Shown: positions 38,294 through 47,222, counted from the first letter of the stretch. The stretch: DNA of 60,626 nucleotides from Acidobacteriota bacterium (GCA_038747035.1 JBCDKB010000002.1:1-60626); one strand, 5' to 3'. The notes: generated from the sequence alone by a model not told the origin. Translations and numbers: made by a program.

Positions 38294-39744
38294 AGCGCCT
38301 CCGGGCGCCACGCCGGCGGCAGCAGACGGCGCTTGCCGTCCGACGACTTCTGGATGCCGTCCTCGTCGAGGAGTTTGCGATCCCAGAGCTGACAGGTGAC
38401 CTGCTTGTGCATCTGGTCCAGGCCCTCGCAGTAGTTCGTAAAGATGCAGCGCACGACCTCGTCGCCGGCGCCGTGGCGCATCTTCCGCCACCAGTCCGGA
38501 TCGGCGAGGGACTGCCTGGCCGCCCCGACCACATCCGCGACGCCGTCCCGCAGCCACCCTTCGGCCATCTCATAGGTCGCGATGCCGCCGGCGACGACGA
38601 TCGGCGTGGCGGCGCCCGACCGCCTGACCGTCTGCCGAATCCGCCGGGCCGGGTCGACGTTGCGACCGAAGGGGCCGGCCTCGTCCGAGATCACGGTCGG
38701 CATGCACTCGTAGCCGGAGGGGCCGGTGTAGGGATAGGCGGCGCGGCCGACCCTCGGCTGCTTGGCATCTTCGAATTTGCCGCCCCGGGACAGCGAGAGA
38801 AAGTCGAATCCCGCCCCGGCGAAGCGGGTCGCAAAATAGCCGGCGTCGTCGACGGTCGACCCGCCCTCGAGGCAATCGTCCGCCAAGAAGCGACAGCCGA
38901 CCGTGAAGTCAGGACCGACCTCGGCGCGGACCGCCCGATAGACCTCGAGCGGCAGACGCACCCGACCTTCGAGGGTCGAGCCGTAGCCGTCGTTCCGCGT
39001 ATTCCTCGCCGAGAGGAAAGACGCCATCGTGTAGGCGTGGGCGTAGTGGAGCTCGACGCCGTCGAAACCGGCGTCCCGGGCGCGACGGGCGGCGTCGGCG
39101 AAGAGCGGCGGGAGCGTGTGCGGCAGGTCGCGAATCGACTCCAGGTGGGTGTCGCTCACCCGCTCCCGATAGCCCATGTCCAGCGCTTCGAGCTCGCGGT
39201 CGTCGAGCACTTTCTCGAGCCTCTCCCGCGGCATCTCGAGCAGGGCTTGGCGCACCGAGACGTCGTTGTCGAGGTCGAGGGCACGCCGGTGGCGGTCGGT
39301 CACCTCGAGGAATCGCCAGAAATACTTCTCCGCGATCGGCCGACGGCGGATGGTCAGAAAATCGATCAGCTGGATGAGCAGCCGCGTTTCTCCGCCGCTG
39401 CCTTCGCGCACCGCGTCGACCACGCGGCGCAGGCCTTCGAGGTAGCGATCATGGCCGATGCGAAGCAGGGGGCCCGACGGCACGTCCCGGATGCCCGTGG
39501 CTTCGACGACGATCGCCCCGGGGCGGCCTTCGGCGAATCGTCGGTACCAAGCGACCACTTCGTCGGTCACTTCGCCGTCCTCCGTCGCCCGCCAGGGCAC
39601 CATCGCGGGCACCCAGGTTCGGCTAGAGAGCCGGATCGTGCCGAGGTCGACCGACGAGAAGAGCCGAGACGACGACGCTTCTTCGGCGCTCGGCCAGTCG
39701 GTCGAAGGCAGCGGGTGCTTGATGCGCTCCGGGGGTTTCCACAT
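38290..39744 (-). CDS. NADH:flavin oxidoreductase / Old Yellow Enzyme family protein (atypical)
   Basis: The start is set at ATG 39744 (GGAGAG 8 nt upstream); the 312-codon upstream extension of track ORF 38290..40680 overlaps the LamG gene. Family motifs are ARDAGFDGVELHYAHAYTMASFLS and RNDGYGSTLEGRVRLPLEV. There is a Cys-rich tail, CIFTNYCEGLDQMHKQVTC. Confidence 0.8.
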   Translation of the reverse strand: MWKPPERIKHPLPSTDWPSAEEASSSRLFSSVDLGTIRLSSRTWVPAMVPWRATEDGEVTDEVVAWYRRFAEGRPGAIVVEATGIRDVPSGPLLRIGHDRYLEGLRRVVDAVREGSGGETRLLIQLIDFLTIRRRPIAEKYFWRFLEVTDRHRRALDLDNDVSVRQALLEMPRERLEKVLDDRELEALDMGYRERVSDTHLESIRDLPHTLPPLFADAARRARDAGFDGVELHYAHAYTMASFLSARNTRNDGYGSTLEGRVRLPLEVYRAVRAEVGPDFTVGCRFLADDCLEGGSTVDDAGYFATRFAGAGFDFLSLSRGGKFEDAKQPRVGRAAYPYTGPSGYECMPTVISDEAGPFGRNVDPARRIRQTVRRSGAATPIVVAGGIATYEMAEGWLRDGVADVVGAARQSLADPDWWRKMRHGAGDEVVRCIFTNYCEGLDQMHKQVTCQLWDRKLLDEDGIQKSSDGKRRLLPPAWRPEAL

Positions 39745-39749
39745 GGCCT

Positions 39750-41372
39750 TTACTCTCCGGCGAGGTCCGCCTCGGCGGCCAGCGCTTGAATTTCTTGCGG
39801 ATCGAGGGCCCGGCCGTAAATGCGCATCTCGTCGATCTGGCCTTCGAAGGCGTCCCGGCGGCCGGCGAAATTGCGCCCCACCGCCACCTCTCGAGACGTT
39901 TCCACCGGCGGCCGGCGACCGATAAAGCGGCCTCGATCCAGCACGCCGTCCACGTAGAGCCGCAGGCTTTGGCCGTCGAAGAGACCCGCCAGATGATGCC
40001 AACGGCCGTCGGTGATGACGCGCTCGCCGCCCAGGGTCTCGGCGTCGACGCGCAAGAAGCCGCGGCCTTGGGGGTCGATATAAAGGTCCCAGCCGTCCTC
40101 CAATGCATCCCGCTTGTCGACGACCGTTTGCCAGCGGCCGTCGGCGAGGGTGCGGACCCAGGCGGCGACGGTAAAGCTGTAGAGCTGGTCGAGGGCGCCC
40201 CGGGAGCCGCGCGAGCGCACTTCGTCGTCGACGCCGTCGAAACGCAGCGCCCCGCCGAGGGCGCCCGCGGACGCCGACGGTGCATTCTCCGGGCAGTCCG
40301 GCCCCAGCTCTGCGCGCAAGGCGCCCCGGGCCGTCGCCGTGCAGCGTTCCACCGCGTCGAAGGTCCAGTCGAGCCACAGGCGACGGTTCAGCTCCACCAC
40401 ACCGGGCCGTTTGGGCGGCGGTGAACCGTCGCCGAACTCCAGCCCATAGACGCCCCCTAGGTGGCGCCGCACGGCTTGGGACTGCCTTTCGGGCAGGCGG
40501 CGGGTGTAGAGCGCCACCGCCGCGACGTCGCCGCGCATCGCCCGCGCGCGGCCGATCGAAAAGAGGTGCTTGAGGCTGAAGCGGCCCGCGGCGATCGGGC
40601 GCCCGGGGGTGCGATCCCAGCCGTCGACGACGGCGCGCACGGCGCCGCGGCCGTCGCGGTGGACTTCGAGCAGCTGCCACTCCCCCGGCCGGACCGTCCC
40701 TTCGGGTGCGACCTCCACCGGTCGAGCGACGCCCACGCGCAGGGCGAGCGCGCCCCGGGGGCGCTGGACGAGCTCGCCGCCGCCGTGGCCGAAATAAAAG
40801 AAGCCTTCGGCCTGGGCCTGCGGCCGCACCAGCAAGAAGAGACTGAAAGGACCGGCCATCGGCCCGAGCTCGGACGCCAGCTCAAGGGACCGCGACTGCA
40901 CTTCCCCCCGGCCGACGCGGATGCAGGGCTGGCCGTTGAGGCAATCGGCGACAACACCCGGCTTATCCGCGTCTCCCTGGACGACGCCGACGGCCTGGAG
41001 CGTGGCGCTCGGCCCGAACCAGCGGTATGCGCAGCCGTCGGGGTGCGCTTCGAGGTCGCAATATTGTTTGTCGGCCGGCGCGCCGCGGCCGGCGGCGAAA
41101 CAGGCTTCCGTACCGCAGCGCACCACCTCGAGACCGGCGGTGGACTCGAGGTAAAGCGCGGCGCCGTCGAGCTCCGCAGGGAAGAACTCTTCGGCGGCGC
41201 ACGGGCGAGGGGTCAAGGCCGTCGCCCAGAAGGCGAGCACCGCCGACGCCATTCGCAGCGGCAAGGTACGGCGCCGGATCGCCGACCGGTCAAGCGATCG
41301 CTGCCGAACCCCACGTGAGCGCAGCCGGCGAGGGCGCAGAAAGCCAGCAGGAACTATCGACGACAGCATCAC
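39750..41372 (-). CDS. Secreted protein with two LamG/concanavalin-A-like jelly-roll domains
   Basis: 540-aa ORF. The second domain shows the Laminin_G_3 pattern (FTVAAWVR...RWHHLAGLFDGQSLRLYVDGVL...FEGQIDEMRIYGRALDPQEI). The N-terminus, RRRTLPLRMASAVLAFWATALTPRPCAA, looks like a (possibly Tat-type) signal. Confidence 0.7.
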   Translation of the reverse strand: MMLSSIVPAGFLRPRRLRSRGVRQRSLDRSAIRRRTLPLRMASAVLAFWATALTPRPCAAEEFFPAELDGAALYLESTAGLEVVRCGTEACFAAGRGAPADKQYCDLEAHPDGCAYRWFGPSATLQAVGVVQGDADKPGVVADCLNGQPCIRVGRGEVQSRSLELASELGPMAGPFSLFLLVRPQAQAEGFFYFGHGGGELVQRPRGALALRVGVARPVEVAPEGTVRPGEWQLLEVHRDGRGAVRAVVDGWDRTPGRPIAAGRFSLKHLFSIGRARAMRGDVAAVALYTRRLPERQSQAVRRHLGGVYGLEFGDGSPPPKRPGVVELNRRLWLDWTFDAVERCTATARGALRAELGPDCPENAPSASAGALGGALRFDGVDDEVRSRGSRGALDQLYSFTVAAWVRTLADGRWQTVVDKRDALEDGWDLYIDPQGRGFLRVDAETLGGERVITDGRWHHLAGLFDGQSLRLYVDGVLDRGRFIGRRPPVETSREVAVGRNFAGRRDAFEGQIDEMRIYGRALDPQEIQALAAEADLAGE

Positions 41373-41440
41373 CGCGGCATTCTAGCCGGTCGGAAGGCCC
41401 GTCTGCGCTAAGACTCTGGACGGCGGCCCGGAGCTCGACC

Positions 41441-42163
41441 TCAGCCCGCCAGTCGGGCTTCAAAGACGATCAGGCGCTCATAGTGCTGGCCGTCGCGGAT
41501 CGAGTAGCCGTGGGGAATCGACGCCATCTCACGCATGTAGGCGTCATCTTCATAGTAATAGTCGCGGAAAGGGCCGTCGGTTTCGCCGACGATGCGCACC
41601 GCCATGCCGCACTCCGCCATCAGGCGCAGGGACCGGGGGATGTCGGCCATCGACGACTGGACGAAGACCAGCCGTCCGCCGGGTCGCACCAACTTGTGGG
41701 CGTCGAGGATCAAGGTCTCGATGAAGTATCGCCGCAGCACCTTGCCGCTCTTGGCGAAGGGCGGGTTGGTGACCAGCGAGTCCCACGGCGCGTCGCCGCT
41801 ATGGGACGCGCCGGGGACGGCGGTCCAGTCGGCGACGTGGTAATCCCGGGGAATCTCGATCCCGTTTTTCCTCAGGTTGTGCTCGGCGTTGTCGTTGATA
41901 TCGGCGCCGATCTCGGTCATCGTCAGGCGCTCGGCGCCGCGGTGGGCGAGCACAATGGCGTGGATTCCACATCCCGTGCCGAGCTCGAGCACGTGCTCGC
42001 CGGCGAAATCGAGCTTCAGGAGCATCTGCCCGAGGTGCACGCCGTGGGGGGTCGGGTTCCACACCCCCGCCGGCACGTCGAGGTGAATATCGAGTTCGCC
42101 AAAGCTTTGGCTGAAGGTCACCGGGTAGAGGTTGTCGCCGCGTCTTTCTTCAGGTCTTTCCAT
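41441..42163 (-). CDS. Class I SAM-dependent methyltransferase with NPPF motif (HemK/RsmC-like small-domain MTase)
   Basis: The start is set at ATG 42163 (track ORF 41441..42556 overlaps the upstream TPR gene). Motif I is VLELGTGCGIHAI and motif IV is VTNPPFAKSG. Confidence 0.75.
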   Translation of the reverse strand: MERPEERRGDNLYPVTFSQSFGELDIHLDVPAGVWNPTPHGVHLGQMLLKLDFAGEHVLELGTGCGIHAIVLAHRGAERLTMTEIGADINDNAEHNLRKNGIEIPRDYHVADWTAVPGASHSGDAPWDSLVTNPPFAKSGKVLRRYFIETLILDAHKLVRPGGRLVFVQSSMADIPRSLRLMAECGMAVRIVGETDGPFRDYYYEDDAYMREMASIPHGYSIRDGQHYERLIVFEARLAG

Positions 42164-42275
42164 CGTTTCGAATCGATCCTCGCTGAAGGGATGGCTGGTT
42201 GAGCCTCGCCGGCGCGGCGGGGCCGATAGTTGAGTCGGTCGGTTCTCTCGGCGAGCGTGGGGAGCCGAGGATAGC

Positions 42276-42809
42276 TCAGCGCTCCTCGACGCCGAGGTAC
42301 GAACCGGCGGCGGAGAGCGTGTTGTAGAGATTGTCGGCGTCTTCCCGGAAGGATCGATCGAAAAGTTCTTCGGCTTTCGCCCGGTCGCCCTTGAGGTTGT
42401 AATAAGCCCCGATCTCAGCGAGCCAATCCTCGTCCTTCGGCTTATCTTCCAGCACCCGCTCGAAAGCGTCTTTAGCCCGGTCCCACTCGTCGGCCTGCCA
42501 GTAAAGGCGACCCATGCGCATCCAGTCGCTGGCGTCTCGCTTGGTGATGCCGTCAATCATCTCCTGGCCGCGCTCACGGTCGCCCGAAAGGTAGTGGATA
42601 CGCGCCACGGCGATGCGTTCCCACGAGCCCTTGCCCGCTTGATTCAGCGCGATGTCCAGCAGGTTCTGGGCCGCGCGTTCCGGGCCGTGGCCGCGGAAAT
42701 GGCTGACGTCGACCTCGTCGTCTTTGCCGGCCTCGACCCCGATCGCTAGGCCGAGAATGAAAAGAACGGCGCCGACACCGGCCGTCAAGCGGAAAGACTG
42801 AAAGTTCAT
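42276..42809 (-). CDS. Small secreted TPR-repeat protein
   Basis: The start is set at ATG 42809 (GGAG upstream). The signal/TM segment is MNFQSFRLTAGVGAVLFILGLAIGVEA. TPR-like repeats are present (WMRMGRLYWQADEWDRAKDAFERVL..., EIGAYYNLKGDRAKAEELFDRS). Confidence 0.6.
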   Translation of the reverse strand: MNFQSFRLTAGVGAVLFILGLAIGVEAGKDDEVDVSHFRGHGPERAAQNLLDIALNQAGKGSWERIAVARIHYLSGDRERGQEMIDGITKRDASDWMRMGRLYWQADEWDRAKDAFERVLEDKPKDEDWLAEIGAYYNLKGDRAKAEELFDRSFREDADNLYNTLSAAGSYLGVEER

Positions 42810-42943
42810 GGGCACTCCAGGGCTATTTAAGGGCGTTAGGGATCGCAAAAGAGCACGGATGACCCGTCGCGCGCGATCCGTCGCGACGCCCGGTTTGACA
42901 CGCGGGGTGAGCTCACGGGCCGAGCTATGGAATCATCGAAGCC

Positions 42944-43297
42944 ATGATTTATATCGCGGCCCCGATTTCCCCCGAGATGGCGCAAGAGATGGACGATCTC
43001 TTGAACCGCATCCGAACTTCAGACAAACCGTCCCGTCTGAGCCGTGACGGCGCGGATTTCATCATGCGCCTCACGGAGACCTGTTTAGATTACTACTACC
43101 TGCGCTCGGTCAAGGCCCTCGGCCTCGGCCTGATGGCGACCAAAGCGACGCAGGTGGGCCTGAAGACCGCCGTGTCAGGCATCTCGGTCTTCGTCAAGCA
43201 AGCGTCGCGCATGATGAGCGACGAGCAGGTCATCAAGCTCGCCGACCTCGTCGAGGAGCTGGTGCTCGAAGTCGAGGACGACGGGGGCGACGACTAG
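42944..43297 (+). CDS. Hypothetical 117-aa protein with acidic C-terminus
   Basis: ATG-started ORF with coding-like third-position G/C bias. I recognise no motif. Confidence 0.45.
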   Translation: MIYIAAPISPEMAQEMDDLLNRIRTSDKPSRLSRDGADFIMRLTETCLDYYYLRSVKALGLGLMATKATQVGLKTAVSGISVFVKQASRMMSDEQVIKLADLVEELVLEVEDDGGDD

Positions 43298-43306
43298 CCC
43301 CGACGC

Positions 43307-44443
43307 TCAGCGACTGAGGAGGGCCTCAACCGAATCGTCGAAGCCGACGAAGACGGGCTCCGGCTCAAGCGCGACGGAGAAGACCTCGGCGACCACGCCG
43401 CGGACTTCGGCGGCGAGCCGGATCAGGTCCCGCGCCCGCGCGCCGCCGCGGTTGATGATCGCCAGGGTGTGCCGACTCGACAGGCCGGCGACGCCGTCGC
43501 CGTAGCCGCGGTGAAACCCCGCCTCTTCGATCAACCACGCCGCCGGCAGCTTGACGCGGTCCCCGTCGGCGCCCTCGACCGGAAACCGCGGCAGATCCCG
43601 GGTGCCGCCGCGGCGCCGGGCGGCCTCGGCGACGGCGTCGGCCCGGGCGGCGCTCACCACCGGGTTGAGGAAGAATGAGCCGGCGCTCCGGCGATTCGGA
43701 TCCGCCGGGTCGAGCACCATGGACTTCGACCGGCGCAGCGCCAAAACCTGCGCCCGGACCTCTGCGGGGGTCGGCACGGACGTCGAGTCCCGATCCTCGA
43801 GCCGTCGGCGGAGCTCACCGTAGCGCACCTCCCCCGCGGCGCCGCGGCGCAGCCGTAGCTCGACCTGGGTGATCACGAAGCGATCGCGCCACTCGCCTTT
43901 GAATCGACTCCAGCGGTAGCTGAACCCGCAGTCCGCCGCGTCGAGCTCCGCCACCTCGCCGGTCCGCCGTTCGAGCACCCGCACCCGGTGGAGCGTCTCG
44001 GCGAGCTCTTGGCCGTAGGCGCCGATATTCTGAATCGGCGCCGCGCCCACCGATCCGGGTATGCCGGCGAGGCACTCGATCCCCGCCAGTCCGGCGTCGA
44101 CGGCCGTCGACACGACGTCGCCCCACGGGGCGGCGGCCCCGGCCCGCAAGAGGACGTGGCCATCGCCGTCGGGGATCAGCTCGATTGCAGCGTCTTCGGA
44201 CTGCACCACCACGCCCGGCCAGCCGCCGTCGGCGATGAGCACGTTGGAGCCGCCGCCGAGCACGAGAATCGGCAGATCTCGGCCGCGGGCCCAGGTCAAA
44301 ACCTCGCGGAACGCCCCATCGCCGCGGCAGCGGGCGAAGAAGCGCGCCTCACCGCCCACTTCGAAGGTGCAATGGTCCGCCAAGCGCACCGCACGGCGCA
44401 CCGTCTCGGGCTCGAAAGCAGGATCATCGAGGCGCTTCGACAT
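43307..44443 (-). CDS. murB: UDP-N-acetylenolpyruvoylglucosamine reductase
   Basis: The FAD-binding region is ILVLGGGSNVLI and the MurB C-terminal motif is RSAGSFFLNPVV. The start is set at ATG 44443 (track ORF extends to 44683). A downstream GTG start is possible. Confidence 0.8.
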   Translation of the reverse strand: MSKRLDDPAFEPETVRRAVRLADHCTFEVGGEARFFARCRGDGAFREVLTWARGRDLPILVLGGGSNVLIADGGWPGVVVQSEDAAIELIPDGDGHVLLRAGAAAPWGDVVSTAVDAGLAGIECLAGIPGSVGAAPIQNIGAYGQELAETLHRVRVLERRTGEVAELDAADCGFSYRWSRFKGEWRDRFVITQVELRLRRGAAGEVRYGELRRRLEDRDSTSVPTPAEVRAQVLALRRSKSMVLDPADPNRRSAGSFFLNPVVSAARADAVAEAARRRGGTRDLPRFPVEGADGDRVKLPAAWLIEEAGFHRGYGDGVAGLSSRHTLAIINRGGARARDLIRLAAEVRGVVAEVFSVALEPEPVFVGFDDSVEALLSR

Positions 44444-47222
44444 GGCGGCGCAAGGTATCATGACCCACGCTGTGAAGCTGACTGTTTCGCCCGGCACCGT
44501 CGTCGCCGACCGCTTTGCTATCCGCCGCTTCATCGCTGAAGGCGGTATGGGTGAGGTGTATGCGGCCCGCGACCTGATCCTCGAAGAGGACATCGCGATC
44601 AAGTTCTTGAGCCGCCGCAATATCGGCGACGAGAACGTGATCCGCCGCTTCCATCGGGAGATCCAGCTGGCGCGCAAGGTCACGCACCCGAACGTCTGCC
44701 GGCTCTTCGACGTCTACCGCACGTCGATGCAGGTTCCGGCGACCGAGATGACCGTGCCGGTGACCTTCGTGACCATGGAGCTGCTCCACGGCACGACGCT
44801 CGAAGATCGACTGGTTCGCGACGGCGCCCTCGACGAGGACGAAGCCCTGCCGATCGCCGTGCAGATGTGCCAGGCGCTGACCGCCGCCCACGACGCCGGC
44901 GTGATCCACCGCGACTTCAAGAGCAATAACGTCATGGTCGACGACGCCGGCGACCGCGCCCGCGTCGTCGTCACCGACTTCGGCCTGGCGCGGTCGATCC
45001 TGCCGAGCGACCCGAGCCGGACGCCGCTCACCGCCGACCAGCTGATCTTGGGGACGGCGGAATATATGGCGCCGGAGCAGATCAAAGGCGAGCCGGTCAG
45101 CCACAAGAGCGACCTTTACGCGCTGGGCGTCGTGCTCTTCGAAATGCTCACGGGACAGAAGCCTTACGAGGCGGCGAATCCCATGCAGCTCTTGGTCAAA
45201 CGGGTGAGCGAGAAGCCCGCGAACCCCAGAGACTTCAAACCCGACCTTTCCAAGGCCTGGGAGTCGGTGATCGTCGACTGCCTCGCCGAGGCCCCGGGGG
45301 ATCGCCCGAGCTCGGCGCAGGAGATCATCGAACGTTTGGGGGGCGTACCGGTGCGTCAAACGCCGGCGCCGACCCCCGTGCCGGAGGCCGCGCCCGGGCC
45401 CACGGCGCCGGACGGCCCGGGTCGCCCCGGCGCCGTCGGCCCGTGGTTCGCCGTCGCCCTGCTCGCCCTCGCCGTCGCCGCCTTCTGGGCGTCGCGCAGC
45501 AGCCAAGGCCCTCCCGAGCGGCCGGCTACCTTCAATCCGCAGCGCTTGACCACCGGCCCGGGCCTGGAGTTCAATCCGGCCTTCTCGCCGGACGGAGAAC
45601 GCCTGGTCTACAGCGAAGAAAACGCCGACGGGACCTTTCGACTGGTGGTCCACGAACTCGACGACGACGGGGGCAGCGACGGCGACGGCGGCCGGCCCCT
45701 GGTGATCGAAACGGGCGGCGTCCAGGGTCTGGAGCCGAGCTGGTCGCCGGCGGGCGATGACATCGCCTTCTCCACCCGCGACGGCGGCATCGCCGTCGTG
45801 CCGGTCGAAGGCGGCGCGGTCCGCCCCGTGATCGAGCGGGGCTCCCGTCCCGCCTACGCACCGGACGGCGCCCGTCTCGCCTTCCAAAGCACGGCGTCTC
45901 CCCTGCTTTCAGACACCACCGTGCCCGCCATGCCGCCGTCGGTCCTCGGCCTCTACGACTTCGAGACCGCCGAAACCCGCTGGCTGACGCAGGCGAACCA
46001 GCCCGTCGGAGGACACGGCCAGCCGAGCTGGTCCCCGGACGGACGCCACCTGGTTTTCGCCGCCACCGGCCGGTCCGTCGGCGAGCTGTGGGCGGTGAGG
46101 ATCGAGGACGGCGGCCTCGTCCCGCTCCTGCGAGAGCCCGCCAAGGCCTACGACCCGGTGGTCGCGGCCGACGGCTCCGCGGTGTATTTCGCCTTTCGCT
46201 CCCTCGAGGTCAAGACGCTGTGGCGCCTCGATATCTCCCCGGACACCTTCGAACCGCGGGGGGATCCGGTGGAGATCGCCGGGCTCGGCCTATCGAGCGT
46301 CCGCCAACCCCGACTCTCCCGCGACGGACGTCACCTGGTCTTCGCCGCCTATGTCACCCGCAGCAACCTTTGGCGCCTGCCCCTCGGCGCCGACGGCACC
46401 GCCGCCGGTCCCCCGACCCCGCTCACCCAAGGTGACGACCGCTACAACCGACCGGTCTTCTCACCGGACGGCGCGCGGGTGCTTTTTGACCACTGGAAGC
46501 TCGGAGTCGATATCGACCTCTTTAGCCAGGACGTCAATGGCGGCCCCCGGCGGCAGCTCACCGACCTCGCCGGCACCAACAGCCAGGCGACGTGGCGGCC
46601 CGACGGACGCGTTTTCTACGGCGCCGAGTCGCCGGATGGACGCAAGAGCCTGCGCCGCCTCACCCCGTCGGACGGCGACGACGTCGAGGTCCTCAGCCTC
46701 GATGACGACGTCGACTGGGTCGTCTTCTCCCCGCTCGAGGAGCGGTTCGCTTTCCACTCCGGGCGCGGCGGCCAAGGCCTCGACGTCTGGGTGCAGGCCC
46801 TCGACGGCGCCCCCGCCTGGCGCCTGACGTTCCACGAACAATCGGCGGGCTTCCCCGCCTTCTCCCCCGATGGCCTGTACCTGGCCTACCAAGTGCGCCG
46901 CCGGGGTGGCTCGGACCTTTGGATCGCGCCGCTGGACGGCGGTGAGCCCCGTCGACTCTTAGACGCCAACGGTGAAAGCTGGCCGTATAGCTTCTCCGCC
47001 GACGGTTCCAAGATCCTCTTCGCCGGCCAGCGCAACAGCGTGTGGAATCTCTACTCCATCGATGTGGCCACGTCCGAAGTGCTTCGCTTGACCGAGAATC
47101 TCGCGGTCACGGGCTACCTGCGCTATCCCGCGTGGTCACCGACCGATGACTTGGTGGTCTACGAGAAAGCCGAGACCGCGAGCGACCTCTTCATCGTTCG
47201 GGACTTCTTCGCCGGCCCTTAG
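44442..47222 (+). CDS. Transmembrane Hanks-type Ser/Thr protein kinase with periplasmic PD40 (TolB-like) beta-propeller repeats
   Basis: Kinase motifs are GGMGEVY, the catalytic loop HRDFKSNNVMV, DFGLAR and YMAPEQ. One TM segment follows (WFAVALLALAVAAFWA), then about 12 repeats of the SPDG..l.F type. The start is ATG 44442 or ATG 44460. Confidence 0.85.
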   Translation: MAAQGIMTHAVKLTVSPGTVVADRFAIRRFIAEGGMGEVYAARDLILEEDIAIKFLSRRNIGDENVIRRFHREIQLARKVTHPNVCRLFDVYRTSMQVPATEMTVPVTFVTMELLHGTTLEDRLVRDGALDEDEALPIAVQMCQALTAAHDAGVIHRDFKSNNVMVDDAGDRARVVVTDFGLARSILPSDPSRTPLTADQLILGTAEYMAPEQIKGEPVSHKSDLYALGVVLFEMLTGQKPYEAANPMQLLVKRVSEKPANPRDFKPDLSKAWESVIVDCLAEAPGDRPSSAQEIIERLGGVPVRQTPAPTPVPEAAPGPTAPDGPGRPGAVGPWFAVALLALAVAAFWASRSSQGPPERPATFNPQRLTTGPGLEFNPAFSPDGERLVYSEENADGTFRLVVHELDDDGGSDGDGGRPLVIETGGVQGLEPSWSPAGDDIAFSTRDGGIAVVPVEGGAVRPVIERGSRPAYAPDGARLAFQSTASPLLSDTTVPAMPPSVLGLYDFETAETRWLTQANQPVGGHGQPSWSPDGRHLVFAATGRSVGELWAVRIEDGGLVPLLREPAKAYDPVVAADGSAVYFAFRSLEVKTLWRLDISPDTFEPRGDPVEIAGLGLSSVRQPRLSRDGRHLVFAAYVTRSNLWRLPLGADGTAAGPPTPLTQGDDRYNRPVFSPDGARVLFDHWKLGVDIDLFSQDVNGGPRRQLTDLAGTNSQATWRPDGRVFYGAESPDGRKSLRRLTPSDGDDVEVLSLDDDVDWVVFSPLEERFAFHSGRGGQGLDVWVQALDGAPAWRLTFHEQSAGFPAFSPDGLYLAYQVRRRGGSDLWIAPLDGGEPRRLLDANGESWPYSFSADGSKILFAGQRNSVWNLYSIDVATSEVLRLTENLAVTGYLRYPAWSPTDDLVVYEKAETASDLFIVRDFFAGP

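Noticed and set aside
39745-40680. N-terminal extensions of track ORFs: 38290..40680, 41441..42556, 43307..44683, 44061..47222, 28628..30469, 49956..52106, 35165..38557, 47267..48349, 48660..49205, 58352..59041, 22428..23714 and 31915..32706.
   Set aside because: The extensions overlap the neighbouring gene in another frame and are Arg/Pro-rich. Each is followed by an internal start with an RBS or a 4-nt stop/start overlap. I trimmed each ORF to that internal start.
42895-42900. A perfect TTGACA upstream of the 117-aa ORF.
   Set aside because: The nearest -10-like hexamer (TATGGA) is 25 nt away. The spacing is incompatible with a sigma70 promoter.
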